A DNA stretch of 64,000 nt from an uncultured delta proteobacterium (lineage in GTDB: Bacteria; Desulfobacterota; Syntrophia; Syntrophales; UBA2185), in the NCBI GenBank assembly GCA_963729715.1, contig CAVSPA010000018.1, positions 16,191 to 80,190 of the forward strand. Direction: 5' to 3'. This document shows positions 44,491-53,891 of the stretch, piece by piece (position 1 is the stretch's first letter; each line of letters begins with the position of its first letter). A program made the translations under genes and the position numbers. The notes under the pieces are model-generated. The model ran no database searches. It saw nothing but the letters and a program-made list of their open reading frames with translations, and was not told the DNA's origin.

Positions 44491-45324
44491 ATGATAGAAA
44501 TTAAAGGACTGACAAAAACATACGGGAACGTAAAGGCGGTTGACAATATAACCTTTTCCGTCAGCAAGGGAGAGGTATTCGGCCTTCTCGGCCCGAACGG
44601 CGCGGGAAAAACAACGACCATCAAGATGCTAACTGCCCTGAGCAGGCCCGATTCGGGCAGATGCACGATCAATGGCTTTGATGTCGCAGCAAACCTCCAT
44701 GAAATAAAAAAGCACATCGGTGTCGTGCCCCAGGAAAACAACCTCGACCGCGAGCTTACGGCTTACGAAAACCTGCTCATCTATGGAATGCTGCATCGCG
44801 TGAAGGACAAAGAAAGAAAGATCCGCAAACATTTAAAAATGGTTGATTTGTCTGACAGAAGGGATTCACTCGTAGCGTGGTTTTCCGGAGGCATGCAGAG
44901 GAGGCTCCTCCTGGCAAGGGCACTGCTGCCGGAACCGGCCGTTCTCTTCCTCGACGAACCGTCCATCGGTCTGGACCCGCAGATCAGGCGACAGCTCTGG
45001 GACATCATCAGGAAGACCAGGATAGAAGGCCGGACCGTCGTCATCACCACACACTACATCGAGGAGGCGGAGGCGTTGTGTGACAGGGTGGGCATTCTTG
45101 CAAGGGGCGCGCTGATCGCCCTCGATACCCCTCATCACCTCAAGGGCAGTGTGGGCGATTACATTGTCGAGTATATCGATGCGGAAGGAAAGCTCATACA
45201 GCACATCTGCAAGACTCGGGGCGAGGCGCATGATATCGCAAAACACCAGCCGAACAGCGTTACCGTGAGAAAGTCAAATCTCGAGGATGTATTCATAAGA
45301 CTTACGGGAGAGCGCATAGAATGA
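44491..45324 (+). CDS. ABC transporter ATP-binding protein (ABC-2/DrrA-like)
   Basis: Walker A GPNGAGKTT, signature FSGGMQRRL and Walker B LFLDEPS. Confidence 0.9.
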   Translation: MIEIKGLTKTYGNVKAVDNITFSVSKGEVFGLLGPNGAGKTTTIKMLTALSRPDSGRCTINGFDVAANLHEIKKHIGVVPQENNLDRELTAYENLLIYGMLHRVKDKERKIRKHLKMVDLSDRRDSLVAWFSGGMQRRLLLARALLPEPAVLFLDEPSIGLDPQIRRQLWDIIRKTRIEGRTVVITTHYIEEAEALCDRVGILARGALIALDTPHHLKGSVGDYIVEYIDAEGKLIQHICKTRGEAHDIAKHQPNSVTVRKSNLEDVFIRLTGERIE

Positions 45325-46067
45325 TCACACCCGCGTGGTATCCGATCTTCTTAAAGGAAATGCTTCATTTCAAGAGAAGGCTCCTCAAACTCGGCTATAT
45401 CTTTTCCGCGATGGTCGTGCCGATAATCTATCTCGTCGCCTTCGGCTTCGGACTCGGCAAGAGCGTCCGCATCGAAGGCGCCGATTATCTCACCTTCCTC
45501 CTCCCGGGACTCGTGGCCATGAGTTCCATGAACAACTCCTATACCTGGGTCTCGACCTCCCTGAATCTCAACAGGCTCTATTTCAAGACATTCCAGATCT
45601 ACGTGCAGGCTCCTATCAGCCCTTCTTCGATCATGACCGGGGAAGTGTTGGCGGGCATGGCAAAGGGGATATTTGCATCATCTTTAATCATCATCGTCGG
45701 TTTTATATCTTCGCCGGATTTTTCACTCACCCCATGGTTTGTGATCGCCCTGCTTCTGAACTGCTTTCTCTTTGCCAATTTGGGCGTGATCGTCGGGATG
45801 GTCACGAAGTCCCACGAGGACACGGCCACGTATTCCAACTTCTTTGTCATACCCATGGCGTTTTTCAGCGGTACATTTTTCCCAGTGGATAAATTGCCTG
45901 TTTACTTCAAGGCGGTTATCTATGTGCTGCCCCTCACCCATGCAAGCATCCTGATAAGAAAGACGTCCATGGATGCAGATGGGTTGCTTTCTCTCTGTGT
46001 GATGTTTGTCTATGCGGCGGTGTTTTTTATCTACGGCTCGAAGCTGATCAAGGATTACAGCGAATGA
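45321..46067 (+). CDS. ABC-2-type transporter permease
   Basis: It overlaps the ATPase gene stop by 4 nt. It is a roughly 6-TM hydrophobic protein. Confidence 0.8.
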   Translation: MITPAWYPIFLKEMLHFKRRLLKLGYIFSAMVVPIIYLVAFGFGLGKSVRIEGADYLTFLLPGLVAMSSMNNSYTWVSTSLNLNRLYFKTFQIYVQAPISPSSIMTGEVLAGMAKGIFASSLIIIVGFISSPDFSLTPWFVIALLLNCFLFANLGVIVGMVTKSHEDTATYSNFFVIPMAFFSGTFFPVDKLPVYFKAVIYVLPLTHASILIRKTSMDADGLLSLCVMFVYAAVFFIYGSKLIKDYSE

Positions 46068-46314
46068 TTATACGGGGAGCGAGCGACAAACTGAAACCCT
46101 ACGATAACGCCGCGTCAAATACGACCTGACCCGGAATACTTGGCATAATACAGATCCGTTTTATTTTTATATCCTGCAGAAAACATTTTGGCAATAAAAT
46201 CAGCGAGCGGATCCTCTCGAAGCGGCTTTTCCCCGAAAAAGCAGGAGACCGGCAGTACGTATTTCGAGATTCCCAAGCACGAAGCAGAGACTCGTGCCCG
46301 CGGCCGTTTCATCA

Positions 46315-48219
46315 CTATGTGACCTTCATCCTGCTGATAACTTCAAAGAGCTTCTCGGCCGTCACCTCTGCGGCATGAAGGGGCGTGCCGAATTCGAGGG
46401 AGATACGCGACCATTTTCTTCTGAAGGGCCGCCGGTCTTCACCATGGTACATCCTGCTAAAGTAACTGCCCCAGAGACCGTTCAGACAGGCGGGCACCAC
46501 CGGGACAGGAGTCCTCTGCACTATCTTTTCTATTCCCGGCTGAAACGCATGTATTTTGCCGTCGTTTGTGAGCATGCCTTCGGGAAAGATGCAAACCACT
46601 TCATCATTCTGCAGCCCTTCTGCAATTTTATCGAAAGCGGCGTTCAGCACATCCGGGGCTTCATCTGCGCCAGCCATGGGAATAACCCTGCCGTCTTTGA
46701 ATATGCGGCCGAAGAACGGTATTTCAAAGTATTTGTAGTACATCGCGAAGAGCGTGGGTCTGGGGCAGCCGCTTTCGACGATCAAGCCATCGATGTAGGT
46801 GACGTGGTTGCACGCGATGATGAAAGGGCCATCGAGAGGAAGGTTCTCACGTCCGATAACTTTGAGACGGTATATTATATTGGCGATGCCCCAGGCCGTA
46901 AGCCTCAGCAAGAACTCCGGTATCTGGGTGTATATATATGCGGCGACAAGGATGTTCATTAGGGAAAAAATCAGGAATATCTGTGAGTAGCTGAATTTAT
47001 AAATATAGAGTACTGTAAGAAAAAGAGAGGAAACGACCATGAAAAGTGCGTTTATGATGTTGTTGCCGGCTATGATACGCGATCTGATTTTCCTGCGCGA
47101 CCCCTGCTGGATGAAGGTGTAGAGCGGCACGGTAAAGAAACCGCCCGACACAGCAAGAAGAAAAACATCCAGGGATATCCTCTTCCCATGATCAGTATTT
47201 AAGAAATCCATAACTGATACAAGTCCACCGGATGAAAGCACCGAAGGCTGCCCCACCAGAAAGAGGTCAAAGGTGAACAGCGAGATACCGAGTGAGCCGA
47301 TCGGGACGAGCCCCAGTTCCGTCCTCCTGAAACTCAGTTTCTCGCAGAGTATGGAACCCACGCCGATACCGATGGAAAAAAGTACTAAAAACAGCATGAC
47401 GACCGATTCTCTTGCCTGCAGGTAATCCTTGCAATACACGGGAATGATCGACAGCAGAGCAATGCCTATAAACCAGAACCAGGCGATTCCGAGGACGGAG
47501 TTGAAGATGATATTCACTTTTTTCGTGATTCCCAAAATTTCAGCGGTCGTGGTGATCGGATTCATATTGATCTTGAGCTCCGGCATCACTGGTTTGATGG
47601 ATCTTATTGTCAAACTGATAAGAAATCCTATCATGGCAATCGCAACTACCACTATCCCCGTCGCCCATGTACCGCTCTCTATGGAGATTAGTTGTACCCC
47701 CAGGATTGAGCCGAGGAGAATAGCTATGAATGTGCCGGTCTCAACATACGCGTTGCCCCTGACAAGCTCATCACTGTGGAGGAGATGGGGCAGGATGCTG
47801 TATTTCACCGGGCCGAAGAGAGTTGAATGAAGCCCCATGAAGAAGAGCGCAGTCAGGAGAAGAACGATATTTTCATATATGAAACCGAGCATACCCACGA
47901 ACATAATCACCACCTCGAACGCTTTGACGATGCGTATGATCTTGGTCTTGGAAAATTTGTCGGCAAGCTGCCCGGAAATTGCGGAGAATAGAAAGAAAGG
48001 CAGTATAAATATGCCGCCGGAGAGCGACACCATCTGCTCGGGAGATATGCTGCCTATGGAATATGCCTTGTAGGCGATCAGTATGCCTATAGCATTCTTG
48101 AACGCGTTGTCGTTGAATGCGCCAAAGAACTGGGTATAGAAGAAAGGCCAGAAGCCTCGATCTCTGAATATCTGCGCCGTCATTAATTCTCCATACCCGT
48201 AACTTTCCGCATCCGTCAC
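46315..48219 (-). CDS. MFS (lysophospholipid transporter LplT-like) fused to a PlsC-type acyltransferase domain
   Basis: The N-terminal part has about 12 TM segments. The C-terminal part has the HX4D motif (CNHVTYIDG) and ..IFPEGM.. Confidence 0.75.
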   Translation of the reverse strand: MTDAESYGYGELMTAQIFRDRGFWPFFYTQFFGAFNDNAFKNAIGILIAYKAYSIGSISPEQMVSLSGGIFILPFFLFSAISGQLADKFSKTKIIRIVKAFEVVIMFVGMLGFIYENIVLLLTALFFMGLHSTLFGPVKYSILPHLLHSDELVRGNAYVETGTFIAILLGSILGVQLISIESGTWATGIVVVAIAMIGFLISLTIRSIKPVMPELKINMNPITTTAEILGITKKVNIIFNSVLGIAWFWFIGIALLSIIPVYCKDYLQARESVVMLFLVLFSIGIGVGSILCEKLSFRRTELGLVPIGSLGISLFTFDLFLVGQPSVLSSGGLVSVMDFLNTDHGKRISLDVFLLAVSGGFFTVPLYTFIQQGSRRKIRSRIIAGNNIINALFMVVSSLFLTVLYIYKFSYSQIFLIFSLMNILVAAYIYTQIPEFLLRLTAWGIANIIYRLKVIGRENLPLDGPFIIACNHVTYIDGLIVESGCPRPTLFAMYYKYFEIPFFGRIFKDGRVIPMAGADEAPDVLNAAFDKIAEGLQNDEVVCIFPEGMLTNDGKIHAFQPGIEKIVQRTPVPVVPACLNGLWGSYFSRMYHGEDRRPFRRKWSRISLEFGTPLHAAEVTAEKLFEVISRMKVT

Positions 48220-48452
48220 GCTTCCTTAGATCGACTGCCCGACGCTACAGTTTACGGCACTTTACTGCTCTGCCGCTCCCTGAATTCGGCTATTGAAAGG
48301 TTTGGAGGAAGACGCAATACTGTCCTACAGTCGATATATATTTAATAGAATTACCAAAAGAAATCCAGCATAAAGAGAATGCAGAGGCGGCGCGAGTCCC
48401 CGGAAGTTGCGGGCCAGTTTGTAGTCCCGAAGCTGCCTGTATCCTCTTTTCC

Positions 48453-48481
48453 TTGACACTTTGTCATGTTACGGCTATATG
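48453..48481 (+). promoter_or_regulatory. Sigma-70-like promoter candidate for the Wood-Ljungdahl operon
   Basis: TTGACA - 17 nt - TATATG, about 150 nt upstream of the ACT-protein start. Confidence 0.4.
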
Positions 48482-48630
48482 ACGAAGTCAAGTCGCCTTC
48501 CTAAGGGTTTCTTGTGCCCCCGCATATAACAGAGCTGTTTTGCGACGGCACCTGATGATCCTTCTGAAGGCAATTTGCGGCAGGTTTAGGATATCTTGTA
48601 ACTGAACGAAAAAAATTACGGAGTTGACTT

Positions 48631-49170
48631 ATGAGATCATATGTCGTCTTTTCATCCATGGGGCCGGACCGTCCCGGTCTGGTGAGAGAAATCGCGGAAT
48701 TTTTTTCGGCGCGGGGCATCAATATCGAGCGCTCGCGTGGCTGCGTGCTCGGAAATGAATTCGGCATGGTCATCCTGACATCGGGCAACAGCGAAAATAT
48801 CGAAGGGCTGATCAAGGATATGGACAGTCTCCGTCAGAATACCGGGCTGGACATTTACATCCGGAAGACGAAGGCGCCTCTCCACAGGGAAGTCCTCCCA
48901 TCGATCCCGTACAAGCTCATCGCCATATCCATCGACCGTCCGGGAATCATCCATCAAATATGTAAGGTGCTTCATGAGCGGGGGATCAATATCGAAGAGA
49001 TATCGACCAATGTCGACCATGATCCCGCGACGGGCGCCAATGTCTTTCAAATGTTCTGCTATTTTTCTCTGCCGCCGGCCGTCAAGATTATCGACCTCAA
49101 GAACGCCATCACGCGTATCAGTGACGAGTACAATATCGACATACGGTTCGACGCGATGATCAATAAGTAG
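48631..49170 (+). CDS. Tandem ACT-domain protein (GcvR-like)
   Basis: ..SMGPDRPGLVREIAEFFSARGINIE.. and ..SIDRPGIIHQICKVLHERGINIEE.. are two ACT repeats. Confidence 0.75.
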   Translation: MRSYVVFSSMGPDRPGLVREIAEFFSARGINIERSRGCVLGNEFGMVILTSGNSENIEGLIKDMDSLRQNTGLDIYIRKTKAPLHREVLPSIPYKLIAISIDRPGIIHQICKVLHERGINIEEISTNVDHDPATGANVFQMFCYFSLPPAVKIIDLKNAITRISDEYNIDIRFDAMINK

Positions 49171-49172
49171 CT

Positions 49173-50858
49173 ATGAAAAAAGTGAAAGCAAAACGTGCCG
49201 CCACTTGCATGAAGCCGATCAGCGAAATTGCCGCATCCATCGGCTTGGCGGAAGATGATCTGGAATGTTATGGGCGCTACAAGGCCAAGGTCAGGATCGA
49301 GGCAATCAAGCGCTTCGAACGCAGGGCGAATGCCTCACTGATCCTCGTCTCCGCGATGACCCCTACCCCCGCAGGTGAGGGAAAGACCACCGTCTCCATC
49401 GGCCTCGCGCAGGCCTTAGCCAGGCTCGGAAAGCAGACGATTGTCACGCTCCGCGAGCCGTCCCTCGGGCCTGTCTTCGGCATCAAGGGCGGCGCTACCG
49501 GCGGAGGACTCTCATGCGTACTTCCCGCGGATGATATTAATCTTCACTTTACGAATGACTTTCCGGCGGTGGAGAGCGCCCACAATCTTTTGTCTGCCCT
49601 CGTTGACAACTCGGTTTTCCACGGTAACCCCCTGAACATCGATCCGCGCAAGATCACGTGGCGTCGCGTGATGGACATGAACGACCGTTCCCTCCGGGAT
49701 ATAGTCATCGGCCTCGGCGGTTCCACAAACGGCGTACCCCGCGAGAGCGGCTTCGACATCGTTCCTTCGAGCGAAATCATGGCAATTCTCTGCCTCTCGC
49801 AGTCTTATGCGGAATTGAAAGAAAAGATACGAAAGATCCTCGTTGGCTTTACATACGAAGATAAGCCGGTCTTCACAAAGGATTTGAAAATCGAGGGTGC
49901 TGTCACATCCCTCTTGAAGCATGCCCTTCTTCCCAATCTGGTGCAGACCACAGAGGGTGTGCCGGCCATCGTTCACGGCGGCCCTTTTGCCAACATCGCC
50001 CAGGGAACAAACAGCGTTATAGGCACTGACCTTGCGCTCCGTCTCGCCGATTATGTGGTGACCGAAGCTGGGTTCGGTTTTGACCTGGGCGCGGAAAAAT
50101 ATTTCGACATCGTGGCGCTGTACGGAAACTTCAATCCTCGCATCGTTGTCCTGGTGGCAACGGTTCGCGCCCTGAAATATCATGCCGGCGTGTCCGCCGA
50201 TGCCCTAAGCGAGTCCAACCCCCGTGTGGCTGTCCTAGGAATGGCCAATCTGAGGAAACACTATGAAAACATCGATAAGTTCAACGTCCCCTGTATCATA
50301 GCCCTGAACCGTTTCCCCTCCGATACGGACGCGGAGATACAAGCAGTCGTGAAGGCAGCGGAGAATGAAGGGATGAATATCGCACCTGTCGACATCTTCC
50401 GTCTCGGCGGCGAGGGAGGCCTGGAACTCGCGGAGAAGACGGCGGAGATCATCGCGCGAGCCTCCGGCGCTTTCCGGTCCCTCTATAGATGGGATCAGCC
50501 GGTGGAAGACAAGATCTTCACCGTAGCGAGCAAGATATACGGTGCAGTTTCCATCGACTACCAGCCACTTGCGAAGCGGAATCTCGACCTCATCAAGAAA
50601 TTCGGCTTCGATAAGCTCCCGATATGCATCGCCAAGACGCAGCAGTCCCTATCGGACAATCCCAGCCTCCTGGGACTGCCCAGCGACTTCATTGTCACCG
50701 TTCGGGAAATCAATATCGCATCAGGCGCCGGCTTCCTTATCCCCATCACCGGCGAGATCCTGCGCATGCCGGGTCTCTCGAAAGCGCCGGCAGCTTATCA
50801 CATCGATATCGACGACGACGGGAATGTCACGGGTATCACTACCCCGGGAGATGCGTGA
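49173..50858 (+). CDS. fhs: Formate--tetrahydrofolate ligase
   Basis: ..PTPAGEGKTT.., ..GGPFANIAHG-like GGPFANIAQG.. and full-length similarity. The start could be the internal MKPISEIA at 49209. Confidence 0.9.
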   Translation: MKKVKAKRAATCMKPISEIAASIGLAEDDLECYGRYKAKVRIEAIKRFERRANASLILVSAMTPTPAGEGKTTVSIGLAQALARLGKQTIVTLREPSLGPVFGIKGGATGGGLSCVLPADDINLHFTNDFPAVESAHNLLSALVDNSVFHGNPLNIDPRKITWRRVMDMNDRSLRDIVIGLGGSTNGVPRESGFDIVPSSEIMAILCLSQSYAELKEKIRKILVGFTYEDKPVFTKDLKIEGAVTSLLKHALLPNLVQTTEGVPAIVHGGPFANIAQGTNSVIGTDLALRLADYVVTEAGFGFDLGAEKYFDIVALYGNFNPRIVVLVATVRALKYHAGVSADALSESNPRVAVLGMANLRKHYENIDKFNVPCIIALNRFPSDTDAEIQAVVKAAENEGMNIAPVDIFRLGGEGGLELAEKTAEIIARASGAFRSLYRWDQPVEDKIFTVASKIYGAVSIDYQPLAKRNLDLIKKFGFDKLPICIAKTQQSLSDNPSLLGLPSDFIVTVREINIASGAGFLIPITGEILRMPGLSKAPAAYHIDIDDDGNVTGITTPGDA

Positions 50859-51019
50859 CGTCCTTAACTGATCAGATACGATGGACGCCGAAGATCCAAA
50901 AATTTGGCCCGCAGCACCAATGGAATTGCCCGCCCTTCCCGCTCCATCCCGTATCAAGATTGTTTTGACAGACAATGCCGGTTTTCCTATACTACCCCCA
51001 TATGAGAAGCAACAATTAT

Positions 51020-51062
51020 AAATGCAAAATGTAAAATGCAAAAAGCAAAGTGCAAAATTATA
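51020..51062. repeat. A+T-rich GCAAAA-type intergenic repeat (about 1.5 units, A-rich orientation)
   Basis: AAATGCAAAATGTAAAATGCAAAAAGCAAAGTGCAAAATTATAAAGG. Confidence 0.6.
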
Positions 51063-51078
51063 AAGGAGTTAGCTTGCA

Positions 51079-52149
51079 ATGCTCGTTAAACCGAAGTTTC
51101 TGGCGACCGCCATCGGCAGCATGCCCTTTGATGATCCGATGCGCGCCGTCGACCTGATCCTTTCCAAGCTGCCCGCTGCTTCGCACTGGCCACAGTTGCC
51201 GAGGCTCGGCATAAATGAGCAGATGGAAATCCAGTATTCCGAACATATGCCGTGCGCAGTTATCGATCAGGAAAAGAACCGCCTCTATTTCGATACATCA
51301 GGCGATTATTCTGAAGCCTTTGCCGAATTCTACGAAACCTACCTCCTGGCAATGGACCCCGAAGAGGGAAGCGGCGACTGCTCGGCGGCAGCCGTCAGCC
51401 CGGCCTTTTCCCGGGGGATCTATGCACTCGAAGAGAAACTGCGAACCCGCGGCACGAAGCTGCCTTTTGTAAAATGTCAGGTTACGGGACCGTGCAGCTT
51501 TGCGCTTGCGGTCGTGGACGAAAAAAAGCGTGCGATATATTATAACGAAGAATTCCGGGACATGATCGTCAAGACGCTGGCAATGGTCTGCCGCTGGCAG
51601 GTCCAGCTGTTCAAGCCATTTGCGCAGCAGGTGATATGTTTTATCGATGAGCCGATCCTCTCGGCCTTTGGCAGTTCCACTTATGTGTCCGTCCGCCGTG
51701 ATGATGTGATTCATCTGCTGAAAGACATGGTCGATGCGGCGCATGCCGACGGGGCCATCGCAGGCATGCACTGCTGCGGCAATACGGAATGGAGCATCCC
51801 TATAGACGCCGGTGTGGATATCATCAGCTTCGACGCATTTCAGTACGGAGCAACAATGGCCATGTATGCCGAGGCCGTCAAGAATTTTCTCACAAAAGGC
51901 GGCGCACTTGCCTGGGGAATCGTGCCCACCTCAACGCTCATAAGGGAACAGACCGTGGATGGTCTTGCTCTTCGCCTTGAGGGCATGATGGACCACCTCA
52001 CTTCCAAGGGTATCGAGAAAAGCCTCATTGCCGATCAGGCCATTTTAACGCCTTCCTGCGGCACGGGTTCCCTGACACCTGAGGAAGCGGAGTTGGTATA
52101 TGACAGGCTCGCGGCGCTCTCCGTTTTTATGAAAGAAAAATATAAATAA
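51079..52149 (+). CDS. MetE C-terminal-domain / URO-D-superfamily (COG0620-like) putative Zn-dependent methyltransferase
   Basis: ..GMHCCGNTEW.. (H-x-C) and ..LTPSCGTGS.. (distal Cys) fit the His/Cys/Cys zinc site of cobalamin-independent methionine synthase-like proteins. Confidence 0.6.
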   Translation: MLVKPKFLATAIGSMPFDDPMRAVDLILSKLPAASHWPQLPRLGINEQMEIQYSEHMPCAVIDQEKNRLYFDTSGDYSEAFAEFYETYLLAMDPEEGSGDCSAAAVSPAFSRGIYALEEKLRTRGTKLPFVKCQVTGPCSFALAVVDEKKRAIYYNEEFRDMIVKTLAMVCRWQVQLFKPFAQQVICFIDEPILSAFGSSTYVSVRRDDVIHLLKDMVDAAHADGAIAGMHCCGNTEWSIPIDAGVDIISFDAFQYGATMAMYAEAVKNFLTKGGALAWGIVPTSTLIREQTVDGLALRLEGMMDHLTSKGIEKSLIADQAILTPSCGTGSLTPEEAELVYDRLAALSVFMKEKYK

Positions 52150-52150
52150 T

Positions 52151-52220
52151 ACAAAGTGCAAAAGTTAAAATGCAAAATTAAACAGTATGAATAATTTTAC
52201 AATTTGCATTTTGACTTTTG
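52151..52220. repeat. Inverted pair of the ~27-nt A+T-rich intergenic unit
   Basis: ACAAAGTGCAAAAGTTAAAATGCAAAATTA .. TTTTACAATTTGCATTTTGACTTTTG. The two arms can form a long AU-rich hairpin. Confidence 0.6.
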
Positions 52221-52254
52221 AATTGGATTTTCCCTTTTGCATTTGAGTTGACCT

Positions 52255-53031
52255 ATGAAGCTTGCTATCTCCGGAAAAGGGGGCGCCGGCAAATCCACGC
52301 TGGCCGCCGCCCTGGTCCTCCTCATGGCACGCCGTGGCCGGAAGGTCTTGGCTGTGGACGCCGACCCGGACGCCAATCTCGCGGCCGCCATGGGGATCCC
52401 CTCTTCCGAACAGGAAAAGATTGTCCCCATATCCCGTCAGGCTGCCTTGATCTCGGAGCGGACTGGTGCTGAAGTCCGCCAGTACGGGCAGATATTTAAA
52501 CTCAATCCGGAAGTCTCCGACATTGCCGATACTTTTGCATACCATCATCAGGGTGCGGCGCTCCTCGTCCTTGGCGCCGTTGACCGCGGCGGCGGCGGCT
52601 GCGCCTGCCCGGAAAATGTATTGATGCGTGCCCTCGTTACAGATCTCGTTCTGTACAAGGATGACGCCCTCGTTATGGATATGGAGGCCGGTGTGGAGCA
52701 TCTCGGCCGGGCCACGGCGAGCGGTGTGGACAGGATGATAATCGTGATCGAGCCGGGCCAGCGTGCCGTAGACAGCACCCGGCGCATTCTCCGCCTGGCT
52801 CATGATATCGACATCAAGGATATCCGCCTTGTGGCCAATAAAATAACAGGTCCGGACGATGAGCGATTCCTGCGGGACGCCTTTCCTGAAAATAGATTTA
52901 TCGGCATTATTCCCTACCGGGAGGAATTCCGCCGTGCCGACCGGGAGGGCCACTCCGTGCTCGACGGCCTTCCGGACGAGTTGCTTCGCCGCTTCGAAGA
53001 TATCCTGAAGAACCTTGAGGACCCGTTATGA
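52255..53031 (+). CDS. cooC: CooC/AcsF-type Ni-insertion ATPase (copy 1)
   Basis: MKLAISGKGGAGKSTLAAAL is a deviant Walker A. ..GGGCACPEN.. is the CxC metal motif. Confidence 0.85.
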   Translation: MKLAISGKGGAGKSTLAAALVLLMARRGRKVLAVDADPDANLAAAMGIPSSEQEKIVPISRQAALISERTGAEVRQYGQIFKLNPEVSDIADTFAYHHQGAALLVLGAVDRGGGGCACPENVLMRALVTDLVLYKDDALVMDMEAGVEHLGRATASGVDRMIIVIEPGQRAVDSTRRILRLAHDIDIKDIRLVANKITGPDDERFLRDAFPENRFIGIIPYREEFRRADREGHSVLDGLPDELLRRFEDILKNLEDPL

Positions 53032-53783
53032 GCAGGCTGATTGCTGTTGCGGGTAAAGGCGGTGTCGGAAAGACCACCGTGGCGGCCCTCCTGGTAATGC
53101 GCCTTCTTCAGCGTGGGTGTCGGCCGGTGCTGGTCGTTGATGCCGATCCCAATACCTGTCTTGACGCAGCCCTGGGTGTCAACGTAGTTAAGACTGTGGG
53201 CGGCGTCCGTGAGGATGCCCGAAAATTCACCCAAGATGGCACAGTGCGGGGCATGGATAAAAAACGTTTTCTCGAACTCCGCATCGCCGAGAGCCTGGTC
53301 GAGAGTGATGATTTCGATCTCATTGCCATGGGGCGTTCCGAGGGGCCGGGCTGTTACTGTTATGCCAATAATGTGCTGAAGGCGGTTCTGAACGCGATGG
53401 TAAACAAGTATCCCTTTGTGGTCCTCGATAATGAAGCAGGCCTGGAAAACCTCTCGAGACGCATTGTCAATAAAGTAAGTCTCCTCGTCATGATTACCGA
53501 TCCGAGCATCCGCGGCCTTGAGACTGTAAAGAGGCTCCATGCTTTGGCAGGCGAGATGGAGATCGCCTATGACCGCCTCGCCATTGTCGTTAACCGCCTG
53601 CGGCGTAAAGAGTTGCCCGCTGGTGCAGATGAGCTCAGAATAGCCACGGGGGCCGATATCATCGTGGGTATCCCGGAGGATGAAGACATCTATGCAATAG
53701 CTGAGAAAAACGGAAATCTCAGACTCCTTTCACCGGACAATCCGGTCTTGACTGGACTGGACAAGATATTGGAAATGATATAA
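53028..53783 (+). CDS. CooC/AcsF-type Ni-insertion ATPase (copy 2)
   Basis: ..IAVAGKGGVGKTTVAALL.. and ..GPGCYCYAN.. It overlaps copy 1 by 4 nt. Confidence 0.85.
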   Translation: MSRLIAVAGKGGVGKTTVAALLVMRLLQRGCRPVLVVDADPNTCLDAALGVNVVKTVGGVREDARKFTQDGTVRGMDKKRFLELRIAESLVESDDFDLIAMGRSEGPGCYCYANNVLKAVLNAMVNKYPFVVLDNEAGLENLSRRIVNKVSLLVMITDPSIRGLETVKRLHALAGEMEIAYDRLAIVVNRLRRKELPAGADELRIATGADIIVGIPEDEDIYAIAEKNGNLRLLSPDNPVLTGLDKILEMI

Positions 53784-53850
53784 TTCACAATTTAAAATAC
53801 AAAATATAACAATTGATGAAAAAACATTTTTCCGAAATATGTTTTGTTTC

Positions 53851-53877
53851 TTCATTTTAACTTTTACATTTTGACTT
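53851..53877 (+). repeat. A+T-rich intergenic unit (T-rich orientation)
   Basis: TTCATTTTAACTTTTACATTTTGACTT. 24 of 27 positions are identical to 59206-59232 by eye. Confidence 0.65.
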
Positions 53878-53891
53878 AGCACGGGCTCTCG

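Noticed and set aside
48482-48630. Riboswitch (ZTP/pfl or THF) in the ~150-nt leader upstream of the ACT-fhs genes
   Set aside because: I could not find the conserved ZTP pseudoknot elements (..CCGCCUGGGC..) or the THF core. No terminator or anti-terminator pair is evident.
49512-53540. Minus-strand ORFs 49512-50183, 51298-51771, 52165-52953 and 52914-53540 opposite fhs, the MetE-like gene and the cooC genes
   Set aside because: These are shadow ORFs opposite genes with clear family signatures. They have no RBS or motif support.
51020-53880. A+T-rich GCAAAA/TTTTGC repeats as a CRISPR array
   Set aside because: The units lie in different intergenic spacers separated by whole genes and occur in both orientations. 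They have no regular repeat-spacer periodicity, and no cas genes are present.
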